A stretch of 64,000 bases of DNA from an uncultured Trueperaceae bacterium (GTDB lineage Bacteria > Deinococcota > Deinococci > Deinococcales > Trueperaceae). The position numbers and the translations under genes were made by a program. This document shows, one piece after another, positions 59,941 to 64,000 of the stretch; positions within the stretch are counted from its first letter, which is position 1, and every line of letters starts with the position of its first letter. The DNA lies in the NCBI GenBank assembly GCA_963727505.1, contig CAVSGP010000004.1, positions 992,001-1,056,000 on the forward strand. Direction: 5' to 3'. The notes beneath the pieces were generated by a model. That model was given only the letters and a program-made list of their open reading frames with translations. It made no database searches and was not told the DNA's origin.

Positions 59941-62751
59941 TCAGAACGGCAGCCCCAGACCGAACGCGAGCCACCAGCCTTCGGCGTAGCCGCCTCGCAC
60001 GCCCACGCGCACCACCCCGTCGTAGTCCAGCACGGTGTCGGCCCACAGTCCGACGTCGCCTCCCACCCCGACGCGCGATGCCCAGGCGCCCCCCGCCCCG
60101 GTCGCCGGGCCGGTCCCCCCCCACAGCCGGACGGCGGGTTGGACGTCGATGCGCTCCAGGGCCGCGAGCCCGTCGGCCAGACGCCAGCGCACGGGCACCG
60201 ACAGGCGCGCTCCCAGCGAGGCGATGACGGCGAGCTCGGGCAGCGCCACCGGCACCGGCGGGAGCGGTCGGTAGCCCGCGGTCAAGGCCAGCTGGGGGTG
60301 CACCATCGGTGCCACGGACGGCCACCACTGCGCCTCCCCCCAGGCGCCCGCGGACGGGCCGGCGGCGCCGTAGCTCCAGCGCGCGCGCACGGCGAACGAC
60401 TCCCCTCCCGACACCGCGCCGAAGGCATCGACCGAGCGGGCGTCGGCGAACGCGTCGATGCCAATCTCGGGTCGCCAGCCGGCCAGCGAGGGTGCGCCGA
60501 TGAAGCTCCCGGAAACCTCCAGGGAACCTGCGAAGCGGTCCACCGGCGCGCGCAGCAACGCCTCCGCCTGAACGCCGTAGGCGGTCTCGTCGACCGGCCC
60601 CAGGTAGGCACCGTGCGGCCAGGCGCCGAGGCGCACCGCCACCCCCAGCGGAGGCGGCGGACCGGGCGCGGCGACCGGGTTGGGCATGTTCCAGGCGTAG
60701 CGAACCGAGCCGTAGCCGCCCGCGAGCGGTCCCCGTAGGGCCGAGTCGTAGCCCACGGTGAGATCGAGCGCGTGCCGCGCACTGTCGTCCAGGCCCAGCG
60801 CAGTGATCTCCAGTCCGGCGCCGAGGGGCCGCAGCGACACCCGGGCGGCGCTGGGCCACCAGCCGTAGGGCAGCAGGCTCGGCCAGGGGCTGTAGGGCGT
60901 ATCAGGGTAGGGGGCGGCTGCCGCGGTCCCCGGGCCGCCGCCGGAGACCTGGGTTCCGGCGAACGTTCGGGGGGCGGCGTCCCGGGGGGCGACGGACGTT
61001 CGGGTGCGGGGGAGCTCCGCGCCGCGCGGTAGCGGCGCGGCCGCAGCGGCGCCGGGCCCCGACGAGCCCCCGTCCGCAGCGACCGCACCGCTAGCCTGCA
61101 GCGGCTCGAACGCCAAGGCGTAGCCATCCCCCCGGACCGTCCGGAACAAGGCTCCGCCGGGCACCGCCACCGGCTCCTCCGCCCCACCCAGCGCATGCGT
61201 CAGGGGCGGTCCGCCGGCCGTGACCCCGCCCCCGACGAGCGCGCGGTAGAGCTGGAACAGTCCGCTCGCGTCGCTCGAGTACAGCAGCGTGCCCTCCCCC
61301 ACCCAGCGGGGCGCCAGCTCGCTCGCACCGTCCGAGGTCAAAAACGTGAGGCCGTCCGCCCCAAGCAGAGCGAGGTCCACGCCGCCCGGGCGGTACAGGC
61401 TCAGCGCCACCCGGCCGCCGGCACTCACCGCCAGCCCGACGACATGCGTGCCCGCGGGCGCGTCCCAGACCGTGCGCTCCGAGCTGCCGGCGCACCAGCG
61501 GCGCAACGACGCGCCCCCGGGCACCGCGTCGCGCACGTAGAGCAGACAACCCGCACCGTCGGCGCGGGGCAGGTGCGCGTGCGCGCCATGCGTGAGGCGA
61601 CGGACCGCGCCGCTGCGGACGTCCAGCGCGAACAGGTCGCTGTCGTAGCGCCCGGCCGCGCGGCCCACCGCCGCCATCACCACCGTGTGATCATCGAGCC
61701 AGGTGAGGCCCGTGGCGGCGGGCCTGGTGTGGAGGGTGTGGGCGCCGGCCAGCGCACCCCCCTGCCACGTCGCCAACCGCACGCCGCCGGCGACCGGCCA
61801 GGCGAGGGTGCGGCCGTCGCCGGCCAGGGCGGGGGCACCGAGCGTCGAGGCCGCCGGCTCGAGCCCGCCGGGCACGCTCAGGCTCCCCTGCTCGCGCGCC
61901 TGCGCTGCCAACCCGTTCGACCAGGACGTCCACTCCGCCTCCAGATCGGTGCCGACCGCGCGTTTCCAGGCCGCGTCGAACGGTAGCAGGTAAGCGCCGG
62001 ACTGGAAGACGTGGAGCGCGCGCACCAGCGCGTCGAAACCGTGGGCCTTCACCAGGTGGTCGATGAAGGAGGCGCCCAGCAGGTAGCGGGCGCGCCCGCC
62101 CGGCCAGCGCTGGTAGCTGATGAGACTCACGTCGGCGAGCGTCGGGAAGCTACCCTGCGCCGCCAGGGTCCACAGCAGGGCGCGGGTGCGGGCGTCGTCG
62201 AGCCGCCCGCCCAGCCCGCCGGTCGACTCCACCCAGGTGGCGATCCCCTCGAGCAGCCACGCCGGCGGGAGCACGGCCGTGCCCTGCCCCACCAGCCCGA
62301 CGTGCGGCAGCGTGGCGCTGCCCGGCGGCACACGGGTATCGGTGAGCTGCACCAGGTGCGTGATCTCATGGCGCAGCACCAGCTCGGTCAGGTCGGGGCC
62401 GTGGAAGCCGACCGTCCCGTCCAGCGGGAACAACGGTCGGAAGGTCACGTGCGGCCGCGGCAGCGGCAGCGCGAAGGCGTTGAAGACGTCGTCGCCGCCC
62501 TGCAGCCGGATGCGGATGGGGAACGGTGTCCGTCCGAACAGTGCGGCGACGCGCAGCAGCTCGCTCTCGGCCGCCGCCGCCACCTGCTGGGCGTAGGGCG
62601 CGAGCGCAGGATCCTCGTACAGAACGTCGACGTGCGGGGCGTGGACGACGCGGGCGGCGACTGCGTGGGCGCCGGGTCCGACCACAAGCAGGAGCGCGGC
62701 CAGAAGCCTCAGCAGGCGTTGCCGCGCGCGACCTTCGACCGAGTCGGGCAT
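59941..62751 (-). CDS. Exported zinc-metallopeptidase (gluzincin) + beta-propeller + C-terminal beta-barrel protein
   Basis: Signal peptide; HEITH plus WLLEGIAT; TolB/WD40-like repeats; Ala/Pro linker; beta-strand C-terminus ending WWLAFGLGLPF. Leaderless ATG at 62751. Confidence 0.78.
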   Translation of the reverse strand: MPDSVEGRARQRLLRLLAALLLVVGPGAHAVAARVVHAPHVDVLYEDPALAPYAQQVAAAAESELLRVAALFGRTPFPIRIRLQGGDDVFNAFALPLPRPHVTFRPLFPLDGTVGFHGPDLTELVLRHEITHLVQLTDTRVPPGSATLPHVGLVGQGTAVLPPAWLLEGIATWVESTGGLGGRLDDARTRALLWTLAAQGSFPTLADVSLISYQRWPGGRARYLLGASFIDHLVKAHGFDALVRALHVFQSGAYLLPFDAAWKRAVGTDLEAEWTSWSNGLAAQAREQGSLSVPGGLEPAASTLGAPALAGDGRTLAWPVAGGVRLATWQGGALAGAHTLHTRPAATGLTWLDDHTVVMAAVGRAAGRYDSDLFALDVRSGAVRRLTHGAHAHLPRADGAGCLLYVRDAVPGGASLRRWCAGSSERTVWDAPAGTHVVGLAVSAGGRVALSLYRPGGVDLALLGADGLTFLTSDGASELAPRWVGEGTLLYSSDASGLFQLYRALVGGGVTAGGPPLTHALGGAEEPVAVPGGALFRTVRGDGYALAFEPLQASGAVAADGGSSGPGAAAAAPLPRGAELPRTRTSVAPRDAAPRTFAGTQVSGGGPGTAAAAPYPDTPYSPWPSLLPYGWWPSAARVSLRPLGAGLEITALGLDDSARHALDLTVGYDSALRGPLAGGYGSVRYAWNMPNPVAAPGPPPPLGVAVRLGAWPHGAYLGPVDETAYGVQAEALLRAPVDRFAGSLEVSGSFIGAPSLAGWRPEIGIDAFADARSVDAFGAVSGGESFAVRARWSYGAAGPSAGAWGEAQWWPSVAPMVHPQLALTAGYRPLPPVPVALPELAVIASLGARLSVPVRWRLADGLAALERIDVQPAVRLWGGTGPATGAGGAWASRVGVGGDVGLWADTVLDYDGVVRVGVRGGYAEGWWLAFGLGLPF

Positions 62752-62759
62752 GGCGCAGT

Positions 62760-62799
62760 ATAGGTGGGCACAGAATAGGCGGGCACAGAATAGGCGGGC
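62760..62799. repeat. 15-bp tandem repeat (about 2.7 copies) in a promoter region
   Basis: ATAGGTGGGCACAGA / ATAGGCGGGCACAGA / ATAGGCGGGC. Confidence 0.85.
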
Positions 62800-62873
62800 G
62801 CGCGCCGCCAGCTCGGCGGGCTCCGCCACGTGCGGCGCCTGGCGCCGGTCCTCCTTCCCGCGGCCCGGGCCGG

Positions 62874-64000
62874 TCAGCGTCGTCGGCCGCGGCGCAACTC
62901 GTCGAGGGCGTAGCGCGTGCCTCGCCACTCGATCTGACCGCGGTGCAGCGCCTTGGCCGCCGATGCCACGGCGGCGTAGGCCAGCAACGCCGCGCCCACG
63001 GGGTGGAGCAGGAACAGCCAGGGGCTGTGCCGCTGTCGCGGGGCGTCGAAGGCGTAAACGAATGCGACGGTGGCCACCACCAGCGCGTAGACGCCGCGTG
63101 TGGCGCCGCCCACGAGCGGCAGCGCCAGGAAGGGCAGCACGTTGGTCACCAGCAGTGCGAGCACCACGACACTCAGCCGCAACGTCGAGTACCCCAGGCC
63201 GGCGAAGGCGTTCTTGTTCAGGCCGCGCAGCGCACTCCCGAGATCCGGGTACCACTCCACGGTCACGTCCTCTGCCCCGAACACCGCCTCCTGCCGCAGG
63301 CCCGCCCCCTTGACGAGCCGTCCCAGCTCGACGTCGTCGTCGGGGCGAAGGCGGATGGCAGCGTGCCCGCCCGCCCAACGGTAGGCGTCGGCGCGCAAGA
63401 GCGCGAACGCACCGATGCCGATGGAGGCCCGGCTGCGTGGATCGCGGGCACGCCAGGGGCGGGTGTAGACGGAGAACAGCAGCCCGAACGCGACGACGAA
63501 CGAGGCGAGCAGGGCGCCGCGGGCCTCCAGCCGGGGGAGCACCACCAGGTGGTCGAGCGCCCGGTCGAGGGCGTAGGCGAGCGAACGCCGCAGCGCGCCC
63601 GGCGCGAAGCGCACGTCGGCGTCGGTGAACAGCAGCCAGTCGCCCGCCGCTGCCTCGGCGCCACGCTGGAGGGCGTGCGTCTTGCCCAGCCAACCGCTCG
63701 GCAGCTCACGAACCGTGACCACGCGCACGCGCTCGTCGTGCCGCGCCACGTTCGCCGCGACGGCGCCGGTCCCATCGGTCGAGCGGTCGTCGACCACCAC
63801 GACCTCGAGTCCGGGCAGGTCTTGCGCCAGCAGCGTGCGCAGCGTCGCCCCCAGGGTTCCGGCCTCGTCGCGTGCCGGGATCACGACCGAGAGGGACGGC
63901 CAGGCGCCCGGCAGCGGTGCCCGCGCCCGCCGCAGGCTCGCCATGCTGCGCACGCCCAGCGCCCAGTCGAGCGTGAGCCCCCACCACAACAGCACAGTGG
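62874..64000 (-). CDS. Family 2 glycosyltransferase (CrtQ/CruC/HpnB-like); the 5' end is probably beyond the window
   Basis: SVVIPARDE, VVDDRSTDGT, LPSGWLGK..AL, LLFTDAD, DDVELG and WRGTRY, with C-terminal TM helices. Confidence 0.88.
   Translation of the reverse strand, partial: TVLLWWGLTLDWALGVRSMASLRRARAPLPGAWPSLSVVIPARDEAGTLGATLRTLLAQDLPGLEVVVVDDRSTDGTGAVAANVARHDERVRVVTVRELPSGWLGKTHALQRGAEAAAGDWLLFTDADVRFAPGALRRSLAYALDRALDHLVVLPRLEARGALLASFVVAFGLLFSVYTRPWRARDPRSRASIGIGAFALLRADAYRWAGGHAAIRLRPDDDVELGRLVKGAGLRQEAVFGAEDVTVEWYPDLGSALRGLNKNAFAGLGYSTLRLSVVVLALLVTNVLPFLALPLVGGATRGVYALVVATVAFVYAFDAPRQRHSPWLFLLHPVGAALLAYAAVASAAKALHRGQIEWRGTRYALDELRRGRRR

Noticed and set aside
59927..59944. Perfect 18-bp palindrome CTGACGCCGCGGCGTCAG at a convergent gene junction
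   Set aside because: Most simply a terminator-like hairpin overlapping a stop codon; a single GC-rich instance, so not reported as a special element.
62760..62799. Direct repeats considered as a CRISPR array
   Set aside because: The 15-bp units have no spacers and there are no cas genes in the window.

Overview
A 64-kb, very GC-rich bacterial chromosomal segment. It is most likely from Deinococcota (Trueperaceae-like). That call is inferred from the AlaRS sequence style, a DrRRA/DrtR-like response regulator, several leaderless genes with a TANNNT box 5-7 nt before the start codon, and outer-membrane beta-barrel proteins. About 55 densely packed CDSs are present. I found no rRNA, tRNA, CRISPR array, IS or prophage. 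In order, the window contains: a peptide ABC transporter; kbl-tdh; a csbD plus yqjD/E/K-like stress module; deoC-GNAT-ALDH16; a D-cysteine desulfhydrase/CuyA-like, racemase and SlcC-like trio; Lrp plus a peptide ABC transporter plus a membrane SAM-domain protein; a LacI-controlled sugar operon; a giant 7TM-PAS-GAF-GGDEF-EAL protein; alaS-HAD-ruvX-mltG; TRAP and PhnDCE transporters; an SPFH operon; coaX/dcd; a two-component system; a TPR-CPBP fusion; a metallopeptidase/beta-propeller/beta-barrel protein; and a GT2 glycosyltransferase. The best candidate for an undescribed system is the 19.3-29.5 kb operon. It reads as a hybrid sulfoquinovose (SQ) catabolic pathway: SmoF-like SBP, SqvD/SftI-like isomerase, YihV-like kinase, LacD/YihT-like aldolase and two Gfo/Idh/MocA enzymes, with no GH31 SQase in the window. 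A cysteate/sulfolactate desulfonation module lies about 6.5 kb away. All homology calls are by eye from recalled motifs; no database searches were run.
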